From a virus (taxonomy: Duplodnaviria; Caudoviricetes): a stretch of 64,000 nt of DNA. Positions 1 through 9,089 of this stretch are shown here, one piece after another; the stretch's first letter is position 1; each line of letters starts with the position of its first letter. The stretch is taken from IMG/VR virus record IMGVR_UViG_3300005077_000026, positions 21,261-85,260 of that record; one strand, written 5' to 3'. The notes under the pieces were generated by a model that was not told where the DNA came from, did not search any database, and was given only the letters and a program-made list of their open reading frames with translations. A program made the translations under genes and the position numbers.

Positions 1-96
1 GGAGTGAACAACCTGCCCCTGTCTACGGCAAGGAAGCAAAAGCTGGATTCCCTGTTTGCCCGCTACGTCGATGCCAAAGGAATTTTCTACCAATGA
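1..96 (+). CDS. 3' end of an unidentified gene (partial)
   Basis: Open frame from base 1 reads GVNNLPLSTARKQKLDSLFARYVDAKGIFYQ*, and its TGA overlaps the ATG at 93 (ATGA coupling). Confidence 0.55.
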   Translation, partial: GVNNLPLSTARKQKLDSLFARYVDAKGIFYQ

Positions 97-920
97 GATA
101 CCCTAAGCTGAGACTGATGCTGGACAGTGGTGCCTATTCTGCCTACACACAAAACACCACTATTGATATCCAAGCTTATGCCGACTTCGTTAAGAACAAT
201 GGGCACCTGTTCGACTGGTATTTCAATTTGGACGTGATTAATGATGGGGAGAAGTCGTTGGCGAATTGGCTTTGGCTGAGAGAGCAGGGGCTTGATCCCG
301 TCCCCATCTATCATGCTACGACCGATATCAAATTCTTGACAATCTATCTTGGCTACCATCCTAAGCTGATTGGTATAGGTGCCATAGCCAATCTTTCCAC
401 CCAGAAGAGGATTGAGTCTCTGGACAAGATGTGGGAGAAGTATTTGACCTACGACGATGGGATGCCAAAGCACAAAGCCCATGGATTGGGCATTCTCAGC
501 ATTGATATCTTGCGAAGGTATCCCTGGTATAGCTCAGACAGCACCAGCTGGGTTCAGTTTGGAAAGTTTGGAATCGTCTTGGTTCCTAAGATCAAGCAGG
601 GGCAGTGGATCTATGATGAAAACCCCTTTAAGGTCTTCTTCTCCATTCGATCCCCCAAGACTAAAGAGAAGGGAGAACACTTTGATAACTTTCCTCCGAA
701 CATTAAAAAAGAGATTGCCCGGTATGTGGAGCACTATGGGTTTGTGGTTGGTGAATCGAAGTGGTCGGAAGAAGGCAAGGAGGAGGTACTTGTTGAGGGG
801 GCCAGAAACAACGGCTTCATCCGCGACCAACTCAATCTCATGTACTATCAGAATGTAGTTAAGAACTTACCACGCTATCCATGGCCTTTCAAATCCAAGT
901 CATTTAAAACGCTGTTCTAA
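93..920 (+). CDS. dpdA: TGT-fold DNA-guanine transglycosylase, DpdA-like (7-deazaguanine insertion)
   Basis: TGT-family motifs in order: LDSGAYS, FNLDVI, PIYH, AHGLG, SSDSTSW; lies at the head of a phage replication block. Confidence 0.75.
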   Translation: MRYPKLRLMLDSGAYSAYTQNTTIDIQAYADFVKNNGHLFDWYFNLDVINDGEKSLANWLWLREQGLDPVPIYHATTDIKFLTIYLGYHPKLIGIGAIANLSTQKRIESLDKMWEKYLTYDDGMPKHKAHGLGILSIDILRRYPWYSSDSTSWVQFGKFGIVLVPKIKQGQWIYDENPFKVFFSIRSPKTKEKGEHFDNFPPNIKKEIARYVEHYGFVVGESKWSEEGKEEVLVEGARNNGFIRDQLNLMYYQNVVKNLPRYPWPFKSKSFKTLF

Positions 921-942
921 TGTGGATTTTCTAAAAAAGTGC

Positions 943-971
943 TTGACTTCTTCTAAGAGTTTTGAGAACAT
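943..971 (+). promoter_or_regulatory. putative sigma70-type promoter
   Basis: A-tract, TTGACT (943-948), 17-nt spacer, then TGn-GAACAT (966-971); intergenic, ahead of the clamp/polymerase genes. Confidence 0.4.
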
Positions 972-1012
972 AAAAGACAACGAAGATTCCTCAAACAAAA
1001 CGGACGCTTATA

Positions 1013-1198
1013 ATGTATCTTTACTTTTCAGGTAACTTTCCAGTAATGTCAAGCCCCGAAAAAGAAAAGAAGCTCATGGAGTTGGTGCTAAAGGAAGATG
1101 TTCATTACTGCCGACTTGTGAGCTTTTTCTTTGAGAAGGGTATGAGCAATCTGCTAAAGATGAAGGAGGAGGAGGAGGAGAATGGAAGTCAATCGTAA
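1013..1198 (+). CDS. small hypothetical protein
   Basis: 61-aa ATG ORF that overlaps the start of the clamp gene. Confidence 0.55.
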   Translation: MYLYFSGNFPVMSSPEKEKKLMELVLKEDVHYCRLVSFFFEKGMSNLLKMKEEEEENGSQS

Positions 1199-2243
1199 TC
1201 AGTTGGTGGGGATCATCAAGAATCTGTCACCTGGGCTTGCTAATAAGGAAATCATCGAGCAAAGCACCCACATCATTTTCTATCGTAACCACATTTGCTC
1301 CTATAATGATGAAATCTTTGTCGCCTTTCCCTTCAATTGCGACTTCAAGGGGACGGTAGAAGCTGACCTGCTCCTTAAGATTATCAGCAAATTTGAAGAG
1401 GAGCAAATAAAGATGGAGATCAATCCAGGGAAGGAGGGGTTTGTTGATATCTACGGTGATGTGAATCATGCCACCCTGACTTTGATCATCGATAGCCCCA
1501 TCTTTGAACACCTCGATAATATTCTCAATCTTTGCTATGCAGAGAAGAACTGGAGCAAATTGCCCACTGACTTCCAAGTTGGTGCTGAAATGTGCGCTTT
1601 CTCTGCATCGCGGGACAGAACGCTGGGGGCCATGTGCTGCTTGCGAGTGATGGGGGAGGACATTCTCAGCACGGACAAGTATCGCATCGGGTGGTATGTG
1701 ATGGAGTCAGGGATGGGCACTTTCCTGATCGAGGCTGACCATGCTATGCAGATCAGCCGCTACAAGCTCCTGACGCTGTACGCTCTATCGGGTGGTTGGA
1801 TTCACTTCAAGTCAAATGATGGGATGTTCATGTCCTGTCGCATCGTGGAACCCCCCGAAAATCAGATCGACCTCAAGTCCTTCTTCGGCACCAATCAAGA
1901 CTCTATCAGAATGAAACTCCCCTCAGACTTGATCAAAAGAGCAGAGTTAGCTGGTGTGCTCAGTGAGGGCAAGACAGCAACAGAACGTCAGGTGGATTTG
2001 AAGTTTGAGGGGGATTTGGTAACATGCAGCAGTGTTTCGGAGAAGGGTGCTATACACAGTCAGAGCAAGCTGGAGAAGCCTGTGCCTTTCCCCATCAATC
2101 TGCAAATCTCCCCCGATCTCCTCATTGAAATTCTCAAGTTCGTTTCTTCTACTGTCATCCTACAGCGCATGGATGAGGAGAGGGGAAAAGCGATTTTCAG
2201 GACGAAAGGGTTCTCTCACTTGATCACCGTGAGGCTGGTATGA
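1182..2243 (+). CDS. dnaN: DNA sliding clamp, DnaN/beta-like
   Basis: 353 aa with a beta-clamp-like N-terminus (VNRNQLVGIIKNLSPGL...SYNDEI); directly upstream of the polymerase, with a clamp loader nearby. Confidence 0.7.
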   Translation: MEVNRNQLVGIIKNLSPGLANKEIIEQSTHIIFYRNHICSYNDEIFVAFPFNCDFKGTVEADLLLKIISKFEEEQIKMEINPGKEGFVDIYGDVNHATLTLIIDSPIFEHLDNILNLCYAEKNWSKLPTDFQVGAEMCAFSASRDRTLGAMCCLRVMGEDILSTDKYRIGWYVMESGMGTFLIEADHAMQISRYKLLTLYALSGGWIHFKSNDGMFMSCRIVEPPENQIDLKSFFGTNQDSIRMKLPSDLIKRAELAGVLSEGKTATERQVDLKFEGDLVTCSSVSEKGAIHSQSKLEKPVPFPINLQISPDLLIEILKFVSSTVILQRMDEERGKAIFRTKGFSHLITVRLV

Positions 2244-4840
2244 GAGGCTTTTTCACCGACTCCGAAATCACTTTACTGAGTGATAAGAAGATCGACCCCG
2301 AAAACAGCGCCAACTGCAACAAGTGTGGGCTGTATCGCTCGGTAAAAACCCCCAAGATGAAAGTCTCGGGGAGGGGCAAGCTTGGGTGCCTCATGCTCGG
2401 TGAGGCACCTGGCGGAGAAGAAGATCAATGTGGAAGCCAGTTTGCCAAGTTCGGCAAGGCGGGGGCTTTCATTCGAAGTGAGCTTGCAGCAAGAGGGCTG
2501 GATCTGGATGGTGACTTCTACAAATACAATGTGGTGAACTGCAGGCCAGTAGAAGCTGGTAGTCGGGGGGGACTTAAAAACAGGACGCCCACCTCTGAAG
2601 AAATCGTTTACTGCCGCCCCCTTGTTGATAAAGCGATTCAAGACTTCAAGCCAAAGGTGATCTGGCTGATGGGTGGTTCCGCTCTGGAATCTTTCTATAG
2701 GGGGAAGCTGGATCAGACAGGGATAGGAGTTCTTAGGGGACTTGCTATCCCCGACCGAAAGCACAATGCTATTATCTGTCCCCTCTATCATCCCTCCTAC
2801 ATGGTCCGTGAAGATCAGAACCCCAATCTACATGCTACTTGGAAACACGATCTGGATCGAGCGATTGCACTGCTAAAGAATCCCGAGAGTTACTGGCCTG
2901 AATGGATAGAACCAAAAGTAGAAATGATCCGGAAGCTGCCCGAACTTCTTGCCGCTCTTGAGTACTTCCGAGAACAACCTGAAATCGCTATCGACTATGA
3001 GACCTCTGGGCTGAAGCCTTACAAGCCCGGACACTTCATAGCGTCGATGGCGATGACGGCAGTAGATGGGCTGAGGACCATCGCATTCCCTCTTGAAAGG
3101 GTTTTCAACTGGACTGCTGGGGAGTTTCGGCAGATCAAGATGGCAGTCCGAGCGATTCTCTCTAACAAGAGCATAAAGAAGGTTGGGCACAATCTGAAGT
3201 TCGAAAACATCTGGAGCAACGAAATACTGGGCATCAACATTGAGAATCAGTGGTGGTGTACAATGATAGGTGCCCATGTGCTCGACAACCGAAGCTATTT
3301 CACGGGCTTAAAGCTTCAGGCATATATTAACTTTGGAATCTACCCCTGGAACGCTGAGGTGGATCACTTCTTGACTGATGCGGACAAGGAGGGGTTTAAC
3401 AAAATACACAAGGCATTGCTGAGTGATCTTCTCTATTACAACGGTCTGGACACCTTCTGGGCGGCACGATTGAAGCAGAAGCAACGCAGAGAGATGAGCA
3501 GGAGTGAAAAGCTTCAGGAGGCCTTCGGGTTCTTCATGGACGGGCAAGAGGTGTTTAGCAGTTACGAACTGAGGGGGATGGCGGCGGATGAATTGTACTA
3601 CTCCAAAACCTTCCTCGAACTAACCAAGCAAATAAATTCCAGCTACGATGCTGTCCACTTCTCCCCTGAGTTCAAGCTGTTCAAAGAGAAAAAGGGAAGG
3701 TACCCCGATATCGATTCCAACGATGATATGAGAGAGCTGGTCTATGAGGTGTGTGGCAAAGAGGTGAAGTCAAAGACAGAGAAAGACAAAGCTTCCACTG
3801 ATGCCGACGCCTTAAAACGCACTGAATGCTCTTTCGTTCCTGACCTTATCAAGTACCGCAAACTTGATAAGGCTCGGGGCACTTACCTTGCTCAGTTCCT
3901 TAGGTTCAATTACAACGGGCGCATTCATACCACGCTAAATCTCCACAACATGATCACCTACCGCAGCTCCTCCGATACCCCCAATTTGATGAACGTCCCC
4001 GTTAGGGACAAAGAAGTGCAGCAGTTGGTCAGGAAGGGAATCAAGCCCTATCCAGGCTTCGGTCTGCTGTCAAGTGATCTGTCAGGGATTGAGGTGGGAA
4101 TCTCTTGCTGCTATCACAAGGATCCTAATCTAATCAGCTACGTCAAAGATAAGACCAAAGATATGCACCGCGATTCCATGTGTGATATCTGCATTCTGCC
4201 CATCCCCGAGATTACAAAGGATCTCAGGTTCCATGCGAAGAATGCTTGGGTATTCGCACAATTCTACGGGAGCTATTATAAGAACTGTGCTAAAGATTTG
4301 TGGGAACGCATTCAGGATCTGAAGACGGTCTCAGGCGTCCCTGTAGTAGAGCACCTGCGACAGCAGAAGATTCGCCGGTATGAGGAGTTTGAGGAACATT
4401 GCAAAGATGTTGAGGACAAGTTCTGGAACGTCAGGTTCCCCGTCTACAAGAAGTGGAAAGACGATAATGAGTTGCTGTACAGAAAGCAGGGTTACATTGA
4501 ATCTCATTTGGGATTCAAATTCTCTGGGTACATGACAAGGAATGAACTCTGCAATTATCAGACGCAGGGGACAGCGTTCCATTGTCTGCTCTGGATCATA
4601 ATCGAGGTGGAGCGCATCTGTGCAGAGGAGAAATGGAGAAGCATCCCCTGCATGGAGATTCACGATGAAGCTATCACCAACTATCACCCTGAAGAACTTG
4701 ACCATGTGTGTGATGTTTTCGATGAGGTGGCAACGGTGAAGCTGGTCAAACAGTTTCCCTGGATAGTGGTGCCCATCCGGATGGAACATGAGATCAGCGA
4801 AGTCAACGGGACTTGGGCTGACATGAAGGTGTATCGATAA
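2240..4840 (+). CDS. polA: family A DNA polymerase with N-terminal family-4 uracil-DNA-glycosylase-like domain and 3'-5' exonuclease
   Basis: UDG part: CNKC, GEAPG, NCRP, YCRP, YHPSY. Exonuclease: IDYETSG, HNLKFE, YNGLD. Polymerase motifs A (SSDLSGIE), B (RFHAKN..FAQFYG) and C (IHDE). Confidence 0.92.
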   Translation: MRGFFTDSEITLLSDKKIDPENSANCNKCGLYRSVKTPKMKVSGRGKLGCLMLGEAPGGEEDQCGSQFAKFGKAGAFIRSELAARGLDLDGDFYKYNVVNCRPVEAGSRGGLKNRTPTSEEIVYCRPLVDKAIQDFKPKVIWLMGGSALESFYRGKLDQTGIGVLRGLAIPDRKHNAIICPLYHPSYMVREDQNPNLHATWKHDLDRAIALLKNPESYWPEWIEPKVEMIRKLPELLAALEYFREQPEIAIDYETSGLKPYKPGHFIASMAMTAVDGLRTIAFPLERVFNWTAGEFRQIKMAVRAILSNKSIKKVGHNLKFENIWSNEILGINIENQWWCTMIGAHVLDNRSYFTGLKLQAYINFGIYPWNAEVDHFLTDADKEGFNKIHKALLSDLLYYNGLDTFWAARLKQKQRREMSRSEKLQEAFGFFMDGQEVFSSYELRGMAADELYYSKTFLELTKQINSSYDAVHFSPEFKLFKEKKGRYPDIDSNDDMRELVYEVCGKEVKSKTEKDKASTDADALKRTECSFVPDLIKYRKLDKARGTYLAQFLRFNYNGRIHTTLNLHNMITYRSSSDTPNLMNVPVRDKEVQQLVRKGIKPYPGFGLLSSDLSGIEVGISCCYHKDPNLISYVKDKTKDMHRDSMCDICILPIPEITKDLRFHAKNAWVFAQFYGSYYKNCAKDLWERIQDLKTVSGVPVVEHLRQQKIRRYEEFEEHCKDVEDKFWNVRFPVYKKWKDDNELLYRKQGYIESHLGFKFSGYMTRNELCNYQTQGTAFHCLLWIIIEVERICAEEKWRSIPCMEIHDEAITNYHPEELDHVCDVFDEVATVKLVKQFPWIVVPIRMEHEISEVNGTWADMKVYR

Positions 4841-5043
4841 TGCCATTCTACATTCGATCAAAACAAGATGGGAGATTTATTGGAGACTTTATGGGATTGG
4901 GGTTTTTCGAAAGCAGCATCGAGGAGGGGGAATGTGATCCCAGAGAAAAGCCTATAGAATTCCCCACAAAGGAAGAAGCTCAAAAATTTCTTGATTCTTG
5001 GTCAGGTGGACCTTCAGATTGTTTCGTATCGGAGGAGGATTAG
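4840..5043 (+). CDS. hypothetical protein
   Basis: 67-aa ORF coupled to the polA stop. Confidence 0.6.
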   Translation: MPFYIRSKQDGRFIGDFMGLGFFESSIEEGECDPREKPIEFPTKEEAQKFLDSWSGGPSDCFVSEED

Positions 5044-5289
5044 ATGAAAGTCCGAGTCCTTTTGCAGTTAGAAGATTGGGTGAAATCAGAGGAGATTGAG
5101 GTGTCGATGGTATCAGAATATGGGCAGCCTATGATGCCTGCTGTTGTGGAGATAGCATTCATTCCAAAGCCCCTTAGGATCGCTTGCACAGGGGGTCCTG
5201 TACCAGTTGATCCTTCAATGAGCATAGTTGTCTTTCGATACTCGGGGGAAGATCACAGGGGTGTGCCTGTTTACAAATTCATGGGATAA
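5044..5289 (+). CDS. hypothetical protein
   Basis: 81-aa ORF with GGAGG upstream, tightly packed. Confidence 0.6.
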   Translation: MKVRVLLQLEDWVKSEEIEVSMVSEYGQPMMPAVVEIAFIPKPLRIACTGGPVPVDPSMSIVVFRYSGEDHRGVPVYKFMG

Positions 5290-5300
5290 GGAAAACTGCC

Positions 5301-5654
5301 ATGCTTTACTGGATAAGAAAACTATTTAACAGGATGAACAGAGAACACGATTTTGAGGGACGTTGTGAACAGTGTGGTAGACCACTTCCTCTAAATCTCT
5401 TTGTTGAATCCAATCAGAAAATCACGCTCTCTGTTTTCCCTTGCCCAAAACACCCTGAAGGGGGCATGATTTTGTGGCCCCAAAGAGATGATATCCGTCG
5501 TGTGGAATCTATCTACACCTTTGAATCTGTTGATATCCCTAAAGGGGTCAAGATAGAAAAAGCAACTGTTATTCTAAACAGAGATGGCAAAATGTTACGG
5601 TTGGATGTCAAAGATAAAATTGAGGAAGCACTTTGGAAGCAGGGGGAGAAATAA
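5301..5654 (+). CDS. hypothetical protein with CxxC/CxxH motifs
   Basis: CEQC and CPKH in a 117-aa ORF within the operon. Confidence 0.6.
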   Translation: MLYWIRKLFNRMNREHDFEGRCEQCGRPLPLNLFVESNQKITLSVFPCPKHPEGGMILWPQRDDIRRVESIYTFESVDIPKGVKIEKATVILNRDGKMLRLDVKDKIEEALWKQGEK

Positions 5655-5878
5655 TGGGACAGTGGGGAGAACCGAAAAACATTGGGGGAGTTAAATTTGT
5701 TCCATATATCAATACAGGAACAAATCCATTTACACCAGCAAGACCCTTTGATCTCATTGAAAAAATTTTTGCTATCGACAAGGATCAAAATGTTGAGGAT
5801 GTTGAGGTAGATAGATTGGAAAAAGAATTAAACAAACAATATCAACACAAACCCTACAAGGACTGGACATGCGCTTAA
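5654..5878 (+). CDS. hypothetical protein
   Basis: ATG at 5654 coupled to the previous TAA. Confidence 0.5.
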   Translation: MGQWGEPKNIGGVKFVPYINTGTNPFTPARPFDLIEKIFAIDKDQNVEDVEVDRLEKELNKQYQHKPYKDWTCA

Positions 5879-6834
5879 ACACCATCTATAGACCGAAGTC
5901 ACTGGACGAGTTCGTTGGGAATGAAACCGCCATCGCCTCTCTAAAAAGCGTGATCGAGCGAGAAGCTATCCCCCCAAGCTTTCTGATGATTGGTCCTGCG
6001 GGTTGTGGCAAAACAACCCTTGCGAGGGCTGTCAGATATTCAATAGGGGTGCTGGACATTGACTTCTTTGAATACAACGCGGCGAACACCAGAGGTATTG
6101 ATACCATGAGAGAGATTGCTGCCAATTGCTCTCTTTCTTCTCATGGAAAAAGGAAGATGTACCTGCTGGATGAGTTCCATCAGCAGACCGTGCCAGCCCT
6201 CAACTCCCTCCTTAAAGTCATAGAAGAACCCCCCAAGAACGTCCATTTTGCACTATGCACTTCGGAGCCTGAAGCCATTCAAACAAAGCTCTATGACGCT
6301 ATCAGTCGCAGATGTCATAGGGTTGAGCTTAAACGTCTTGGCCGAGCGGATATCAGCAAGCTTTTAAAGCGTGTGCTGACTACTGAAAACGTCCCCGACT
6401 TCCCCGAACCCGTTGTTAGAAAAATCGCTACCTGTTGCAATGGCTCCCCTGGCCATGCTCTCAGTCTGCTGGATCAAGTGATCGACATGCCCTCCGAAGA
6501 AGCCGCGCTGAATGCTCTGGAGGATGTAACGGTGAAGGAGAACACTGTGCAAGAACTGTGCAGAGTGCTCCTGAATCCGAAGGACACTGACTCAGCAAAG
6601 TGGAAGCAGTGTCAGAGTATCTTGAAGGATCTGGACTCTGATGCAGAAGCAGCAAGGAGGGCTATCTGCGGATACTTCAACGTGGTGCTGATGGATCAGT
6701 CAAAGCCATTCAATCATTTGGGAGACATTGTGCAGATGGCTTCCTTGTTCACTGAGTCCTTCATGTACACAGGAAAGGTGGGGCTGACAGCAGCCTGCTA
6801 CCTGGCTTGCAAGATTCAGATCATTCCCTTTTGA
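5869..6834 (+). CDS. dnaX: AAA+ clamp-loader subunit (DnaX/RFC-like)
   Basis: YRPKSLDEFVGN, Walker A GPAGCGKT, NAANTRGID, Walker B LLDEFH, SRRC sensor. Confidence 0.88.
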   Translation: MRLNTIYRPKSLDEFVGNETAIASLKSVIEREAIPPSFLMIGPAGCGKTTLARAVRYSIGVLDIDFFEYNAANTRGIDTMREIAANCSLSSHGKRKMYLLDEFHQQTVPALNSLLKVIEEPPKNVHFALCTSEPEAIQTKLYDAISRRCHRVELKRLGRADISKLLKRVLTTENVPDFPEPVVRKIATCCNGSPGHALSLLDQVIDMPSEEAALNALEDVTVKENTVQELCRVLLNPKDTDSAKWKQCQSILKDLDSDAEAARRAICGYFNVVLMDQSKPFNHLGDIVQMASLFTESFMYTGKVGLTAACYLACKIQIIPF

Positions 6835-6843
6835 GGTGCTGAG

Positions 6844-7179
6844 ATGGACGAATTTGAAGTTATGATTATCAATGAGCTTGCCAGCTACTTTGAAGCTGCC
6901 AGCTACGGCGATGTGGATCCCAATAACGGCTGCCCGCTTGCGATGCACGAAGACAAGAGGGAGATGGCTTTCAGAGAGAGGGTAGATCAGTTTGTCAGAA
7001 ACAAATATGGGTTTACAGTGCAGGCTTGTGTGGGTTGTGCTTACATGGATGAGGTAAGGGCCCCTATGCAGGCTTTCATAAAGAAGTGGAAATACGGGGG
7101 TTGTCCCTGTAGAACTATAGGGGAGGATGAATCGTTCAATCTGCTTGAAATGTTTTTAATCCGAGTGGGAAGGAGATAG
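6844..7179 (+). CDS. hypothetical protein, Cys-containing
   Basis: 111-aa ORF with SD; CVGC and CPC motifs. Confidence 0.55.
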   Translation: MDEFEVMIINELASYFEAASYGDVDPNNGCPLAMHEDKREMAFRERVDQFVRNKYGFTVQACVGCAYMDEVRAPMQAFIKKWKYGGCPCRTIGEDESFNLLEMFLIRVGRR

Positions 7180-7184
7180 AGCGA

Positions 7185-7721
7185 ATGATAACCGGAACTG
7201 AGTTCGACCGAATTTTGGATTGCTATAAAAGTGAGCTAAAGATTGACAAGTATTCTTTGGAAGAAGAATGCACCAGGCAGCCTGATCTTTATGCCAAATA
7301 CACCCAGTTGTACGCCGAAGCGGAGCGAGAAGTCGGGCTTGCAAAGATGGAGCGCAACAAGGTGGAAGCACGTCTGGATAGGGAAATCCGACAAAAGCAT
7401 GAGATTCATGGCTTCCCCAAACCCCCTACTGAGGTGGCAATCGAGCGGTGGATCAAATCACATGCCGACTGGCTTGTAGTGCAGCAAAACAGGATCGATG
7501 CTCAGTACCGATTCAACATACTTGATGGTATCAGATGGGCACTTCAACACAGGAAAGAGGCACTGGGGCATCTGGTCAGCCTTTTCCTAAACCACTATTA
7601 CTCAGATATCCCCGTTAAGGGTGCTAAGGAGGTGAGGCAAGAGGAAGCAGACAAGAGAGTAGATCAACAGGTGGATAAACTGAATGAAGGAAATGAACGC
7701 ATTTTCAGAAGGAGACTTTAA
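7185..7721 (+). CDS. UvsY-like recombination mediator
   Basis: Helical protein with LKIDKYSLEEECTRQPDLY...ALQHRKEAL, resembling T4 UvsY; adjacent to SSB- and RecA-like genes. Confidence 0.6.
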   Translation: MITGTEFDRILDCYKSELKIDKYSLEEECTRQPDLYAKYTQLYAEAEREVGLAKMERNKVEARLDREIRQKHEIHGFPKPPTEVAIERWIKSHADWLVVQQNRIDAQYRFNILDGIRWALQHRKEALGHLVSLFLNHYYSDIPVKGAKEVRQEEADKRVDQQVDKLNEGNERIFRRRL

Positions 7722-8996
7722 ATGGGACTGAGAGATACTTTCAGACAGATGCGGGAGGATATCGTCAAGGGCACTCAGGAGAGCATTGAGCGCACCAAGG
7801 AGACTTCTAAGTGGCGCACGGTGTTCCTTGAGGAAAAACTCCCGCAGGGAATTCAATCCTGGCGTCCAGGAGCAGGGCAGCACATTGTGGACATCATCCC
7901 CTTTCTGGCAGGGGTGAATCATCCCCGCACCGAGAAAGGGCGAATCACGTTTCTGGTCGATTACTACGTCCACAGGAACATCGGGCCCCTCGGTGACAAC
8001 TGGGTTTGTAAGCTGAAGACCACCAAGAAGTCCGATCCCATCTGTGAGTACATTCGCAGGGTTAGGCCAGAGAAGACAGAGTGGAAGCGCATCAAGCCCA
8101 CCCGCATGACTGCCTACCTTGTGTGGGTTCACGACACCCCTGAAGAGGAAAAGAAGGGGCTGCAACTCTGGGACGTAGCGCACTTCCTGTTCCAGGAGCC
8201 GGTCGATGCTCAAGCAAAGCATCCGAAGGGCGGGGCACCGTTCGCCTACGCCGATATCGACTCTGGCAAAAGCGTCTACTTTGAAATAGTGAAGTCGGGG
8301 AAGTGGACGGACGACAGGGGCAAGGAGCGGGATTCAGTTAAGTATCAGGGACACAAGTTCATTGATCGAGAGGGCCCACTGCCGGACGAGATCGTGGACG
8401 CCTCTTTTTCTCTGGATGAGTGCATGGATCTGAACCCCAGCGATGAGCTTATGAATGCCAGCTTCTACGGGGAGGCCACAGGAGATGCTTCAGGAGAGGA
8501 AGCGAAAGAAACCCCGCCGGAAACCCCGGACGAGTTCCGCAGGGAGCCTGTCGGAAGTGGACAGCAGCAGCAAGCTTGCAACCCCACTCCCCCTGTTCCC
8601 CCACCCTCTTCAGCACCCCCACCGAAGCCTGACTTTCGAGACTTCGTTCCAGGGAGCCCTGAGTGGAAGGAGCACTGGAAAGCTTACCGAGAGGACCAGC
8701 CGGCAATGCTCCAGTTCCAGGAGTCTCTACGAGCGCCCGAGCCTCCCAAAGCTCCTGCTCAGCCTGCTCCTGCAGCTCCTGCTCCTGCAGCTGGCACTGC
8801 ATCCGGTGAGTGTCCTTCGGGTCATGTCTTCGGTGCTGACAATGAGAAGAAGCCCGAGTGCCGGAAGTGCCCTGTTTGGGATGCTTGCGCGGAGTTCTTG
8901 GATTCTGGAGGTGCTTCTTCTTCTCAAGCTCCTGCTGCATCCCCTCCGCAGCAGCCCGCCCCCTCGACGGGCAGTGGATTGAGACGGAGACTGTAA
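7722..8996 (+). CDS. gp32-like single-stranded DNA-binding protein with Pro/Ala linker and C-terminal 4-Cys domain
   Basis: HIVDIIPF...YYVHRNIG...VC...DPICE core typical of phage gp32-like SSBs; tail CPSGHVFG...CRKCPVWDAC. Confidence 0.6.
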   Translation: MGLRDTFRQMREDIVKGTQESIERTKETSKWRTVFLEEKLPQGIQSWRPGAGQHIVDIIPFLAGVNHPRTEKGRITFLVDYYVHRNIGPLGDNWVCKLKTTKKSDPICEYIRRVRPEKTEWKRIKPTRMTAYLVWVHDTPEEEKKGLQLWDVAHFLFQEPVDAQAKHPKGGAPFAYADIDSGKSVYFEIVKSGKWTDDRGKERDSVKYQGHKFIDREGPLPDEIVDASFSLDECMDLNPSDELMNASFYGEATGDASGEEAKETPPETPDEFRREPVGSGQQQQACNPTPPVPPPSSAPPPKPDFRDFVPGSPEWKEHWKAYREDQPAMLQFQESLRAPEPPKAPAQPAPAAPAPAAGTASGECPSGHVFGADNEKKPECRKCPVWDACAEFLDSGGASSSQAPAASPPQQPAPSTGSGLRRRL

Positions 8997-9089
8997 TTTA
9001 AAAGCTTGGTTGGTTCCGGTTACAGCAAGGACCGGCTTGCAGGCGACAGGAATGACTGACCAATCAAGAGTACACAAAAGGAGGCTGAG

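Noticed and set aside
8449-9077. Overlapping alternative-frame ORFs in the SSB linker
   Set aside because: Explained by low-complexity Pro/Ala codons of the real gene; no start signals.
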